64,000 nt of DNA from contig NC_043000.1 in assembly GCF_006345805.1 (NCBI RefSeq), positions 682,001 through 746,000 on the forward strand, written 5' to 3'. This DNA is from Octopus sinensis. Lineage: Eukaryota. Positions within the stretch are counted from its first letter, which is position 1; each line of letters opens with the position of its first letter. The notes under the pieces were generated by a model. That model was not told the origin of the DNA and ran no database searches. It saw nothing but the letters and a program-made list of their open reading frames with translations. Both the position numbers and the translations under genes were made by a program. Positions 1 to 13,280 of the stretch are shown one piece after another.

Positions 1-264
1 TGCCGTTACGTTCTGAGTTCAAATTCCGCCGAGGTCGACTTTGCCGTTCATCCTTTCGGGGTCGATAAATTAAGTACCAGTTACGCACTGGGGTCGATAG
101 AATCGACTTAATCCGTTTGTCTGTCCTTGTTTATTCCCTCTGTGTTTAGCCCCTTGTGAGTAGTAAAGAAATAGGTATTTCGTCTGCCGCTACGTTCTGA
201 GTTATTTAATCGACCCCGAAAGGATGAAAGGCAAAGTCGACCTCGGCGGAATTTGAACTCAGAA
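1..264 (+). mobile_element. Family A tRNA-derived SINE, partial multimer with an inverted fragment at 204-264
   Basis: gttctgagttcaaattccgccgaggtcgactttgcc..catcctttcggggtcgataaattaagtaccag matches more than 25 copies in the window. Confidence 0.9.
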
Positions 265-299
265 TTTTTGTCCATGTTGTGTGGACAAAACATATGTAT

Positions 300-500
300 T
301 ATGTGCTTGTTTGTCTGTGTTCGACCCTAACGATCCCATGACAACCGATGATGGTGTGTTTACATCACCGTAACTTAGCGGTTCTACAAAATAGACCAAT
401 AGAATAAGTACTAGGCTTACAAAAATAATTCATGAGGTCGGTTTGCCAGCATGGTAACAGTCAAATGGCTGAAACAAGTAAAAGAATAAAAGAATATAAA
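300..500 (+). mobile_element. Family B SINE, 3' half
   Basis: gacaaccgatg.tggtgtgtttac..cgtaacttagcggtt...ctgaaacaagtaaaagaataaaag. Confidence 0.8.
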
Positions 501-1071
501 GAACATTATTATTCATAAGAAATAATATTAGTGGCTGCAAGCAAAAAAAAACGTACAGGCAAATTAATAAATATATATAAAAATATATATAATTAGGGTA
601 TTAAGGAGCACCAGCTTTGCTAAGAATAAGAGTCATAAAAGACCCCGAAACCGCAAGAATTATAAGGACAGACAAGGGGGATTAAGTCGATTACATCGAC
701 CCCAGTGCGTAACTGGTACTTAATTTATCGACCACGAAAGGATGAAAGGCAAAGTCGACCTCGGCAGAATTTGAACTCAGAACGTAACGGCAGACGAAAT
801 ACGGCTACGCATTTCGCATTTCGCACGGCATGCTAACATTTCTGCCAGCTGGCCGCCCCTTTTTTTCTCACTATACCTGTAAAAATTCAACGGTATTTTA
901 AGTCTCGTGGTTTCGGGGTTTTTTTATGACTCCTATTTTTAGCAAAGCTGTTACTCCTAAGTACCCATATATATATATAATTATATATATTTATTAATTT
1001 ACCTATACGGATTTTATGCATGCAGCCACTAATATTATTATTTCTTATGAATATTAGTGTTCTTTATATAT
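494..1071. repeat. Foldback/MITE-like element with ~165-bp inverted arms
   Basis: 494-660 is the reverse complement of ~905-1071 (attagtggctgca...agctttgcta...ccccgaaacc); a family A SINE lies in the middle. Confidence 0.8.
666..858 (-). mobile_element. Family A SINE
   Basis: Near full-length reverse copy including head ggcggccagctggcagaaatgttagca. Confidence 0.9.
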
Positions 1072-1087
1072 TTATGTGTGTGTATAT

Positions 1088-1292
1088 ATATATATATATA
1101 CAGGAACAGCCAGGAACAGTCTTCGCTACATTTGCGGTACCTGCCAGAGGGAATGTTTGTCCCGGATAGGACTACACAGCCACAGCAGGAAATGTATCAG
1201 GACATGAAATGTAAAAGCCGGACTAGACTACTTTATGCGCAACTCCATTGTCTCCCGAGACAAAAAGGATGCCAACAACAACAACAACAACA
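1088..1292 (+). mobile_element. RTE-clade LINE 3' end
   Basis: Frame GTARNSLRYICGTCQRECLSRIGLHSHSRKCIRT* (RTE C-terminal C2H2-like motif), then short 3' UTR and (CAA)n tail. Confidence 0.8.
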
Positions 1293-1399
1293 ATATTTAA
1301 AGAGCTGTAACTAAATACCACCAAGTTATTTTCTCTAATAGTATAATGATTGGGCTAATTCACCGCCCTAACTATGATTATGCTGATGATGAGGATAAC

Positions 1400-1478
<79 letters not shown>

Positions 1479-1504
1479 CAACAATAATAAGGACAATAGT
1501 CATT

Positions 1505-1631
1505 TCTATTATAGGCACAAGGCCTGAAATTTTGCAGGAAGGGGCTTGTTGACTATATCGACCTCTGATCTCCACTGGTACTTATTTTATCGATCTCAAA
1601 AGGCTTAGTCAACTTCGGAATTTGGACTCAG
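1505..1631 (-). mobile_element. Degenerate family A SINE
   Basis: ggcacaaggcctgaaatttt...ctggtacttattttatcga. Confidence 0.65.
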
Positions 1632-1729
1632 TATAATAAGGATAATAATTTCAATAATAAAAGAAAATAAGATAATGTGAAAGAAGAGGACAGGAGAAGA
1701 AAAAACAGAGAAGAATGGTGAAAAAAAAG

Positions 1730-1955
1730 GCGGTGGTAGTGGTAGTGGTAGTGATTATGGCGGTAGTGGTGGTGGTGGTGGCGGTGGTGGTGGTGGTGGT
1801 GGTGCTGGTGCTGGTGAGGTGATAGAGGTGATACTAGGGATTGTAGTGGTGAAGGCGGTAGTAGTGGTAGTGATTATGGCGGTAGTGGTGGTGGTGGTGG
1901 TGGCGTTGGCGGTGGTGGTGGTGGTGGTGGTGGTGGTGGTGGTGGTGAGGTGATA
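1730..1955. repeat. (GGT)n-rich tract with an internal ~100-bp duplication
   Basis: gtgattatggcggtagtggtggt...ggtgaggtgatagag occurs twice. Confidence 0.85.
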
Positions 1956-2016
1956 GAGATGGTAATTTGCCGGGCGTAGTTTTGGTGAGAAAAAAGATGG
2001 CACATAATTCCAGAAT

Positions 2017-2237
2017 AAGGCGGCGAGCTGGCAGAAACGTTAGCACGCCGGGCGAAATGCATAGCAGTATTTCGTCTGCCGTTACGTTCTGAGTTCAAAT
2101 TCCGCCGAGGTCGACTTTGCCTTCCATCCTTTCGGGGTCGATTAAATAAGCACTGGGGTCGATATAAAATCGACTTAATCCGTTTGTCTGTCCTTGTTTG
2201 TCCTCTCTGTGTATGGCCCCTTGTGGGTAGTAAAGAA
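2017..2237 (+). mobile_element. Family A SINE
   Basis: Full head aaggcggcgagctggcagaaacgttagcacgccgggcgaaatgc plus body. Confidence 0.9.
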
Positions 2238-2633
2238 AAAGAATGATAAAAAGGAAAAGGAAGGATATTAATATGATGGACAAAAATGAAAAAAAAAGGA
2301 AACACTTTTAAACAAGAGAATTTTGAAGCAAACATAGGTCCATTGTTATACTTGGGGCCAATGAATACAAAACATATTTCGATGACGATGTTAAAACAAA
2401 ACAAGTGCTTTTCATTAGTGCTTCGTCAACTGTCCCCAAAATGTCCTTTAACGCATCGTAAAGTTAGGATATACAAACGAGTTTTGGTCACGATTTTCAG
2501 ATATTGTGCATATATACATTGACACCAACTGCTGACATTCATACACACTCTCTCAGTCAACTGGACTCTCACTCACTCTCTCTTAATTCTTGTTCCTTTC
2601 TCTTAATGCAAAATTTCATATATATATGTGTGT

Positions 2634-2687
<54 letters not shown>

Positions 2688-3204
2688 ACACATACATGCA
2701 AACACACACATATGGTGTTCAGTTGAATTGCTATGTTACAGCTAAGATATTCAATTTCCTTTATGAACTGAAGTTCCCACCGTGTTAACCCTTAAATTTG
2801 AGGTTCATATTTGTATTGGCAGAAATTGTGGTTGTCAAGCAGTTTAGTGTGGCAGCTCATGAAATGAAACGGACTAATAAAAGTTTTGATATTTACTAAA
2901 GCTTTACCTAAATATTATGATATTAAATATGTGAAACTCAAAGAGAATAAATAGATAACTGTTTTACTGTAAAGTATACTAGCCATCTCAATATGGCTAA
3001 CTACTTTTTACTGTGTTTTTTATGAAGATTTTCACAAGTGTTTCTCAACGAATTTCACTTCGAGCTCATCCCAAGCAAAGTTACCAGAAAATTATTTTAA
3101 ATAGATTATGATGTCTGAGAGAGAAAATATTCAGGTCTTATTTGTGGATATAGACATCAAAATGAGAAGAAATTGTAATTACTAGTCATGAATTTGGAAT
3201 AATA

Positions 3205-3610
3205 GCCGGAAGAGTATGATCAAGAATAGAAGCGGCCGAAAAGGGGTTTCCACCGAAGGATCTCTAAAGTAATGTTACTCGACAAGATGCATAGCTCGGG
3301 TATCAGGGTGTCTCTTCAGGTCGAACCTCTACTTCTTCGTACTGAGAGGTCGCAGCTCTGGCACTACGGACATGTGATTAGAATGTTAGAGGATAGAAAT
3401 GCCTCATTAATTCTTCAAGCCGAGCTATCTGACAAGAGAGCTAGGTGGTGGAGGTGGAGAACCAAGAAAGTGTTGATTGGATAATATCCACATGGTTCTG
3501 GGTTCAGTCCCACTGCGTGGCACCTTGGACAAGCGTCTTCTACTATAGCCTCGGGCCGACCAAAGCCTTCTGAGTGGATTTGGTAGACGGAAACTGAAAG
3601 AAGCCCGTCG

Positions 3611-3689
<79 letters not shown>

Positions 3690-4012
3690 GTGTGTGTTTA
3701 TCCCCCCAACATTGCTTGACAACCAATGCTGGTGTGTTTACGTCCCCGTAACTTAGCGGTTCGGCAAAAGAGACTGATACAATTAGTATTAGGCTTACAA
3801 AGAATAAGTCATGGGGTCAATTTGCTCGACGAAAGGCGGTGCTCCAGCATGGCCGCAGTCAAATGACTGAAACAAGTAAAAGAAAGAATAAAATAGTTTC
3901 AGCTAGGCACACATGGGAATCCAGCAAGAAAATCTAATGAAGACTGCTTCTGAAAGGACCCTATGGAAGAGGTGTCTGAGTATTTTATTCCCACGATCCT
4001 CCCTGATATAGT
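3205..4012 (+). mobile_element. RTE-clade LINE 3' fragment split by a family B SINE
   Basis: RIEAAEKGF..LLDKMHSSGIRVSLQVEPLLLRTERSQLWHYGHVIRM before the SINE; MGIQQENLMKTASERTLWKRCLSILFPRS after it; typical RTE RT C-terminus. Confidence 0.8.
3488..3892 (+). mobile_element. Family B SINE (CORE-like motif, internal TA/TG microsatellite)
   Basis: gggttcagtcccactgcgtggcaccttggacaagcgtcttctactatagcctcgggccgacc... Confidence 0.9.
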
Positions 4013-4413
4013 TAGCGGAGAAGATGGAGGGTTGGATAGAGTACTACTGTGTCGTCTGTTATATTTCCATGCATTTCAGAGATTAGTTCCAACACTGCCC
4101 CATTTAGTGGGGTCCACGTTGTTGCTAGATTTTTTAATTCCTGATCTACATTTCTCCGCTACTCCACCTATAGTTTCCTTTGCACATATTGAATTGATAA
4201 TTTTCCGGCTGGCTATGAACGGCATCAATGTCAACACGGAAGAACCGACGTAAACTTTAGGCACGTTCATTAATTTGCAAACAAGGTGATGGAAACTAAT
4301 GTTGTAGAGGCAATACAGCTATAACTTCCGATCGGCTGTTGCTTGAGTACAATTTGTAAGGAGCGTTTTCTTCAACAAATAATCCCATATGATGTGATTT
4401 GCAAATGGCAAAC

Positions 4414-4480
<67 letters not shown>

Positions 4481-4481
<1 letters not shown>

Positions 4482-4610
4482 GATGGGCTTCTTTCATTTT
4501 CTGTCTACCAGATCAACTCACAAGGCTTTGGTCGGTGCGAGGATATAGTAGAAACACCTACCTAAGGGCCCACGCAGTGGAACTGAACCCGGAACCATGT
4601 GGTTGGGAAG
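4481..4610 (-). mobile_element. Family B SINE, 5' part
   Basis: Reverse match to family B head. Confidence 0.75.
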
Positions 4611-4623
4611 AAAATAAAATATA

Positions 4624-4693
<70 letters not shown>

Positions 4694-4707
4694 ATACACA
4701 CACACTA

Positions 4708-4825
4708 GAGCAACGTGTAATGCATTTTTTTCGCTCAAGAATGCAACACACCACTCGGTACGGGATTCGAACCCACGATCTAGTGTTCGTGAGTGCAATA
4801 TCCTAACCACTACGCCACGTGACTT
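4708..4825 (-). mobile_element. Degenerate family C2 (OR2-like) SINE head
   Basis: Minus strand gtggcgtagtggttagg...gggttcgaatcccg..ttcttgagcg; A and B boxes. Confidence 0.6.
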
Positions 4826-5090
4826 TGCATAGCTTGACATAAAAACCAATATTATGTGTATGTATTTATAAACATGCATATATGCACAGAGGGGGAAAGA
4901 GAGCAAGAGAGAGAGAAAGAGAGCAAGAGAGAGAGAGAGAGAGAGTGAGTGAGTATTTGGGTTTCTAAACTGATAAACAATAACAGCAGCAATATCATGA
5001 TGTCAGACAGTTACTAAATCATACTCTGTTCTTATTCAAGGAAGGACACATTAGCTAATGTATTTCTACATGGTATTAAATTATGACACA

Positions 5091-5411
5091 TACTCTTTTA
5101 CTCTTTTACTTGTTTCAGTCATGTGGCTGTGGCCATGCTGGAGCACCGCCTTTGGTTGAGCAAATCGACCCCACGACTTATTCTTTGTAAGCCTGGTACT
5201 TATTCCAGCGGTCTCTTTTGCCGAACCGCTAAGTTACGGGGACGTAAACACAGCAGCATCGGCTGTCAAGCGATGTTGGGGGAACAAACACAGACACACA
5301 AACATATACACACACATATATACATATATACGACGGGCTTCTTTCAGTTTCCGTCTAGTCTACCAAATCCACTCACAAGGCTTTGGTCAGCCCGAGGCTA
5401 TAGTAGAAGAC
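5091..5411 (-). mobile_element. Family B SINE, 5'-truncated
   Basis: Reverse match to family B body and tail. Confidence 0.9.
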
Positions 5412-5749
5412 TTTAATAATACTTTAACGAAAGTGTACTTCCTTGATTAAGACAGAGGAGTATGGTCACATCTGGAATGTTTTCGATCGTAGGTTTTTCG
5501 GGACTGGTTTGTCCTGTGGGTAAACGACAGCAACGACAATATTAATGTAAAGGAGAAACTATTTTTCTTTTATTTGCTTTTAGTTATTTCCCAATATAAT
5601 TACTTGTTGAGAAAGAAGAGGACAAAATTCTAAAGCGAGAAACGAAATTGTGTGAGAATCATGCCTTTCTCAGGGGCATAAATAGAAAAATAAAACTACA
5701 TGGATGCAAACGGAGACAAAAATATAGAGAAAACTCGCCTTCAAAACTC

Positions 5750-6340
5750 AGACTCGGTAGAAAGGAAAATTTGACGTCAAAGACGAAAAATGGCTGCAAT
5801 TTGGAAGTGAAAGTAAATGGCAAAAATAGAATTTGATGGGCATTGTTACTCACCTGCTGATGATATATATATATTTATGCTTTGTTTTGGAAAAAAGTTT
5901 AATATTAACACGATACATTTTCTAATGCGCAATGCAATTTCATTATTTATATATTTTCGTATTTGTTGCTTTAAATTAGCAAAGCGTATCTTCGTATCGT
6001 TTAACAAAATTCATCGATAATTTGTTTGTTCAGAGCAATATTGCCCTTTGAGTGATATTTTCACTAATGTTCGTTTCTTTATTTGAATCAATAAATAAAA
6101 CAGAAGGGGAAAAAAAACTAATATCAATCAGTAAATGCATAAATGAAGGAACAATTTTCAAACATTCCGAGACCGGATGCTAATACGTTAAATTAATCTG
6201 CTTATAGCTGTGTCAACAGGACGGGATTCTGGGTGTATTTGTGTTCCAAAAATGAAATGGTGCCGTCACGTGACAAGTAAGTGCAGTAGCTTAACAAGTT
6301 ATCTTTGTCCAAACACGTGACGAGAAACAAAATGGCTGGA
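5750..6340 (-). pseudogene. Decayed coding element with twin E-boxes (copy 1 of an inverted pair)
   Basis: Homologous to 11400-11990; frameshifted KQIIDEFVKRYE..FANLKQQIRK; two CACGTG motifs upstream. Confidence 0.5.
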
Positions 6341-6349
6341 TAAACTGAC

Positions 6350-6735
6350 TGTAATATATTCATTGACAATTTTTAATGCTGTGTAACTAACCATATATAT
6401 ATATATATATAGTGAGGGCGCGTGGCTTAGTGGTTAGGGCATTCGGCTCATGATCGTAAGGTTGTGAGTTCGATTCCCGGCGACGCGTTGTGTCCTTGAG
6501 CAAGACACTTTATTTCACGTTGCTCCAGTCCACTCAGCTGGCAAAAATGAGTTGTACTTGTACTTCAAAGGGTCAGCCTTGTCACTCTCTGTGTCACGCT
6601 GATTATCCCCGAGAACTACGTTAAGGGTACACGTGTCTGTGGAATGCTCAGCCATTTGCACGTTAATTTCACGAGCAAGCTGTTCCGTTGATCGTATCAG
6701 CTGGGACCCTCGTCGTCGTAACGGCGGAGTCTTTT

Positions 6736-6786
<51 letters not shown>

Positions 6787-6982
6787 ATAACCATACGTAT
6801 ATAACCGTATATATATGTTGATAGATAGATAGATATACACATACAAATACCAATATATGTACTTTTATAAAAGCACATTTATATGCCTACATTCTTATTT
6901 GTACATTTTATAGTTACACAACCACTACTGCACTTATTAACTGTAATATATTCATAGACAATTGTTAATGCTGTGTAACTAA

Positions 6983-7028
<46 letters not shown>

Positions 7029-7146
7029 TGATAGATAGATAGATATACACATACAAATACCAATATATGTACTTTTATAAAAGCACATTTATACGCCTAC
7101 ATTCTTATTTGTACATTTTATAGTTACACAACCACTACTGCACTTA
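6350..7146 (+). repeat. Tandem duplication of a ~215-bp unit
   Basis: ctgtaatatattca..gacaat...ctaacc(at)n...gttacacaaccactactgcactta occurs twice; only copy 1 carries a SINE. Confidence 0.85.
6412..6735 (+). mobile_element. Family C2 SINE (OR2-like tRNA head, CORE-like middle, tail shared with C1)
   Basis: gagggcgcgtggcttagtggttaggg..gagttcgattccc..gtgtccttgagcaagacact, then the C1 tail from aaagggtcagccttgtcactc. Confidence 0.85.
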
Positions 7147-7453
7147 TAAACATATTATTGTATTGACGGAATTATTTGTACATTAAAATATGTGCCTGTG
7201 TATTTCAGTATGGCTACGTTTTTATGCTTACATACACACACACACAAACACACACGTATGTATGTGTGTTTACGTTTACGTGTTCACTAATTTACGCATA
7301 TTGATATACGTACACTTATATATGCACATATTATGGGTTATCACATCATATGTATGTGTACTTATACATGTACATTTTCATATTTTTTTGAGGATTCGTG
7401 TGTACATTAAAATGTATAGATTTATATTTGTACACTTTTATACTTTATTCCAG

Positions 7454-7479
7454 AACTATCCAAGGAAATGTTATCACCG
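7454..7479 (+). CDS. Candidate 26-nt micro-exon (TIQGNVIT)
   Basis: tactttattccag|...|gtatgt; in unique sequence; joins in frame to 8613. Confidence 0.35.
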
Positions 7480-7595
7480 GTATGTAAGCCTATAACCCTT
7501 TGATTTGTAACTAGCTTCACAAGTGCTAACGCCCAAAAACTCTCGGTACTTGAGTCACTTTGTTTCTGATATATACTACTAAAAGACATATATAT

Positions 7596-7794
7596 AGGTG
7601 CAGGTGTGGCTGTGTGGTAAGAAGTTTGCTTTCTATCCACGAGATTCGGGTTCAGTCCCATTGCGTGGCACCTTGGGCAAGTGTTTTCTACTATAGCTTC
7701 GGGCCGACCAAAGCCTTATGAATGAATTTGGTTAACGGAAAGAGGAAGAATCCCATCATATATACATATATATATATATATTTATATATACCTA

Positions 7795-7893
<99 letters not shown>

Positions 7894-7909
7894 TAACAAC
7901 TAACTATAC

Positions 7910-7979
<70 letters not shown>

Positions 7980-8210
7980 TAAGTATATATCTATGTGTGT
8001 GGGTCCATGGGTCTGCATTTGTCCTCCCCTCGTCACCGCTTGACAATCGCCGTTGCTACGTTTACATCCCCATAACTTAGCGTTCGGCAAAATAGTCCGA
8101 TGCAATAAGTACTATGCTTAAAAAATAAGTCCTGGGATATAACCCTTCAAGGCGATAATCCAGCATGGCCGGAGCCAAATGACTGAAACATATGAAAGAA
8201 TAAAAGAATA
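7596..8210 (+). mobile_element. Family B SINE with expanded internal (TATC)n/(TA)n
   Basis: Head 7596-7755, microsatellite 7760-7995, tail 8000-8210. Confidence 0.85.
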
Positions 8211-8612
8211 CACGTGTTTTGTGTTCTATATTTCCTGTTTGCATCGCTAAACCTCTCTGCACAATTAAATATTCATTCTTAATTTATAGAAAGCTGGAAT
8301 TTAATAAACTGGCAATATATAAAAAAAAACTGGGAATATTTCCCATAATTAGTCCTACATGGGAAACGGGAAGCTGAGAAATCATTTATTAATTTTCAGT
8401 TTAAATTAAAATACATAAATCTGATGGGTTACTCTATATTTTTTTGTAGCGTACAAATTTATAATTATCGTACAAAAATGTCATTGACTGTGACTTCGAA
8501 GTTTCGACCAGATAAGCTTTGTTATTAGTTAGTCTTCCATAAGTCAGAAACAAAAGTTCACTCAATGTAAGTAACTGAAATGATATATTTGTATATCGTC
8601 AAACGTTGTTAG

Positions 8613-8648
8613 AACGTGACTGTCAGTTTCGCGTCGACTATTTGACAG
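8613..8648 (+). CDS. Candidate 36-nt phase-1 micro-exon (RDCQFRVDYLT)
   Basis: gttgttag|...CAG|gtaagg; only one of three frames is open. Confidence 0.35.
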
Positions 8649-8703
8649 GTAAGGTGGCAAAACCTGTAATATAGTGTTTGATGATATAAAAATATACATA
8701 TAT

Positions 8704-8916
8704 ACTCTTTTACTTTTTTACTTGTTTCAGTAATTTTACTGCGGCCATGCTGGAGCACCGCCTTTAATCGAGCAACTCGACCCCGGGACTTATTCTTTGT
8801 AAGCCCAGTACTTATTCTATCGGTCTCTTTTGCCGAACCGCAAAGTAACGGGTGCATAAACACACCAGCATCAGTTGTCAAGCAATGCTAGGGGGACAAA
8901 CACAGACACACAAACA

Positions 8917-8963
<47 letters not shown>

Positions 8964-9150
8964 ACACACATATATATATATATATACGACGGGCTTCTTA
9001 CAGTTTCCGTCTACCAAATCCACTCACAAGGCTTTGGTCGGCCCGAGGCTATAGCAGAAGAAACTTGCCCAAGGTGCCACGCAGTGGGACTGAACCCGGA
9101 ACCATGTAGTTGGTAAACAAGCTACTTACCACACAGCCACTCCTGCGCCT
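8704..9150 (-). mobile_element. Family B SINE, full length
   Basis: Complete reverse copy from aggcgcaggagtggctgtgtggtaag to the gtaaaagag tail. Confidence 0.92.
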
Positions 9151-9734
9151 ATGTATACATATTTACATATATGCATACATTTACATATGCGTATATGAAT
9201 AGGCTTTTCTTTCCATGGATAAACCTTATCTGCTTCCCACTTTACACTTTACATCATAACGTTTCTGTGATACACGATCCCTTTTCATCGTTTTTTTTTT
9301 GTCTTTTTTCTTTTTTTTTCTCTCTCTTTTTACGATCCCTTTTGATCGAAAACCTACTCCCCTTTTTATTTTCTATTTTTCTTTTTCTTTTCTTTTTTTT
9401 CTCTCCAAAAAGAAAAGCTCTACTTTGGAATTTGTCCCCTCTCTGTTCAGCCCTGTGTAGCTAATAAACAAACATATCTACCTGTCTATCTATCTAATTA
9501 TGAATATAACAAAACAGGAAAGTGGAAATCTATTCGTATTATTTATTCTCCATCACACGTCTTTCATTTGTTAATAAGAATCACAGAGTTTTACATGTTA
9601 GATAGGCATGTCAGGAATTTTCTATTGGAGATTATTGAGACAGAGAAAAATAATGATATATAGAATAACACACACACATACGCACACAAATGCATACGCA
9701 CACATATATATATAGACACACAATACATACATAG

Positions 9735-9766
<32 letters not shown>

Positions 9767-10148
9767 GGAAGCACTCCGTCGGTTCCGACGACGAGGATTC
9801 CGGTTGATCCGAATCAACGGAACAGCCTGCTCGTGAAATTAACGTGTAAGTGGCTGAGCACTCCACAGACACGTGTACCCTTAACGTAGTTCTCGGGGAT
9901 ATTCAGTGTGACACAGAGAGTGACAAGGCCGGCCCTTCGAAATACAGGTACAACAGAAACAGGAAGTAAGAGTGAGAGAAAGTTGTAGTGAAAGAGTACA
10001 GCAGGGATCACCACCATCCCCTGCCGGAGCCTCGTGGAGCTTTAGGTGTTTTCGCTCAATAAACACTCACAACACGCCGGTCGGAATCGAAACCGCGATC
10101 CTACGACCGCGAGTCCGCTGCCTAACCACTGGGCCATTGCGCCTCCAC
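9767..10148 (-). mobile_element. Family C1 (OR1-like) SINE
   Basis: Head gtggaggcgcaatggcccagtggttaggcagcggactcgcggtc; tail cggagtgcttcc. Confidence 0.9.
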
Positions 10149-10174
10149 ACACACACACACACATATATATATAT

Positions 10175-10549
10175 GGAAGCACTCCGTCGGTTCCGACGAC
10201 GAGGATCCGGTTGATCGAATCAACGGAACAGCCTGCTCGTGAAATAACGTGTAAGTGGCTGAGCACTCCACAGACACGTGTACCCTTAACGTAGTTCTCG
10301 GGGATATTCAGTGTGACACAGAGAGTGACAAGGCCGGCCCTTCGAAATACAGGTACAACAGAAACAGGAAGTAAGAGTGAGAGAAAGTTGTTGAAAGTAC
10401 AGCAGGGATCACCACCATCCCCTGCCGGAGCCTCGTGAGCTTTAGGTGTTTTCGCTCAATAAACACTCACAACGCCCGGTCTGGGAATCGAAACCGCGAT
10501 CCTACGACCGCGAGTCCGCTGCCCTAACCACTGGGCCATTGCCCTCCAC
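10175..10549 (-). mobile_element. Family C1 (OR1-like) SINE, tandem near-identical copy
   Basis: Near-identical to 9767-10148 including the (CA)n(TA)n flank. Confidence 0.9.
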
Positions 10550-10562
10550 ACACCACACACAC

Positions 10563-10990
<428 letters not shown>

Positions 10991-11399
10991 CACATAAGTC
11001 TGTATACATAATGCATACAAATTTGCGCATATAATCCACCTGCAATTTTACGCATATATATATATATACGTGTGTGTTTGAGCGTGTGTGCGTGCGTGTG
11101 TATTCAAACAAGAAAATAAGTGTTAATGAACGAAACTCTTGGACCTTGAGTCACTCTGCCGATTATTTATAAAAAATATATAGTTATATATATAATGATG
11201 CATATATATATATATATAGGCTTATACAAACTTGCAAACACACATACGCGCACATTCACGCACACATACACACAGACATACAGACACGCAAATATACACT
11301 TATACACCCATACACACATACTCATGTGTTTTTAAGTACGCAACATTAATAAAATTGAACTTGTATAGATATAGAACAATTATTCTAGTCCGAATTTTT

Positions 11400-11990
11400 T
11401 TTTCATGTCACGTGTTTGGACAAAGAAAACTTCTGCAGTTCAATCATTGCGTTTACTTGTCACGTGACAGCACCATTCCATTTTGGAAGACAAACACACC
11501 CAGAATCCGGTTCTGTTGACACAGCTATAAGCAGATTAGATTGACGTACTTGTATCCGGTTTCGGAATATTTGAAAATTGCCTCGGCATTTATATATTTA
11601 TACATTTACTTTTTTGTTTTTCTATTCTATTTATTTATTTATTTTCTCCGTTTATTTATTCATAATAAAGAAACGAATGTTATTGGGAATATTGCTCAAT
11701 GAGCAAAAAACCGCTTTGACTAAACAAATTATCGATGAATTTGTGAAGCAATACGAAGCAAAATTTTGTAAATTGAAAGTAAAAATTAGAAAATAAAAAT
11801 GAAAGATAATTAACTTCACCGTTTGAAAATAAGTATCGTACTGACGTTAAGCTTACTTCTAAAACGGTGAACAGAAGGTGGAGAATGTCTCCATAGTAGG
11901 CTATCGCTTGTTTTCTTCCTTCTTTCTGTTCCAAATTCTAATCATTTTTACTTTGAAGTCAATTTTTCGTTGGTGTCTACGTACATCCTT
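11400..11990 (+). pseudogene. Decayed coding element with twin E-boxes (copy 2)
   Basis: MLLGILLNEQKTALTKQIIDEFVKQYEAKFCKLKVKIRK; inverted homolog of 5750-6340. Confidence 0.5.
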
Positions 11991-12377
11991 TCCTTCTCAC
12001 ACAAAACAATAAACAAGTAAATACGTAAAATAACATAATTAACAATACATAGAACAAAATAAAATAAATAACAATACATAAAATAAGTAGCAATATCTGG
12101 TGACTAAGTGACGAGACTTTTGGTAGGAAGTCTTCAGTTGTCCACGAACAAGACACCCTTTCGTTTCCCTCTCGACAGCGTTATAGTCCTGTTCTTGAAT
12201 AAAAAAAAAATGAAGTCAAAAGATATCTAAAATTAATATTCTCTCTAAAAGATTACGATGCTTGTATTCATGCTTATCTCTAGATCGACCCTCGCTGAAC
12301 TAGAAAGCTATATTCAACCTATAAAGCTGTATTCAAAGAAATTCCAGTCGTGACCATTCCGTCTTTATAATCGTATA

Positions 12378-12800
12378 TCTCTTATTATAAAAGGCAGATT
12401 TTATCTGCCTCCCTTTGGGAGTTATACAAATCTACAATATAGGATTTCTTCAATTACAATTTAGCTAGCATTTTTAAGAGTACAATGCATCGCGTCATGC
12501 CAGGTCCAGTTTTTAAAATTTAAACTCCAATTAAGCAAAATTTACAGAAAACTCACATTCTGGTGTGTGTGTCAAATGCTCTTCTTAATGTGGTTTACAC
12601 CACACGCAAACGCACACACACAGTGTGCTACGAATAAAGTGAAACTAATTCAGTGTGTTGACAGGTAGACAATAGAATGCGATGACGACTATGACGCTGA
12701 TAGATACATGAGTAAAATGTATGGGAAGCTAACAGATAAAAGTGAGTGAAAATGTTCTTGGAAGAGAGTAATAGCCAGAGAGAGTGATTTGAGGAAGGAC
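12378..12800 (+). mobile_element. Non-autonomous Helitron-like 5' fragment
   Basis: a|TCtcttattataaaaggcag start; homologous to 59350-59815 on the minus strand. Confidence 0.6.
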
Positions 12801-13280
12801 TTTACATTAAATAACCGTAGTGGCTTGTGTTAGTAATAAAGTAAACATACACTCTACATACATACATACATACAACTACACACACATACACACACACATA
12901 CATACATACATACACACACACATACATACATACACACATACATACATACATACATACATACATACAGAACATACTACATACATATACATACATACATACA
13001 ACACACACATACACACAACACAGTATTGAAGCTTGAGAACAATCAGATACATTTGCAACCATCTGTTGAAAATATTATTGTTCACACACATACATATAAC
13101 ATATATACATACAGACAGACAGACAGATAGACAAACCACACCACACACACATGATCCAGCATGGCCACAACCTCAAGGCTGAAACGTATAAAACAATACA
13201 GAATATAAATGTGTGCATGTGTGTGAGAGAGAGAGTATGTGTGTATATGTGATGTATATGTATGTATGTATATATATATA

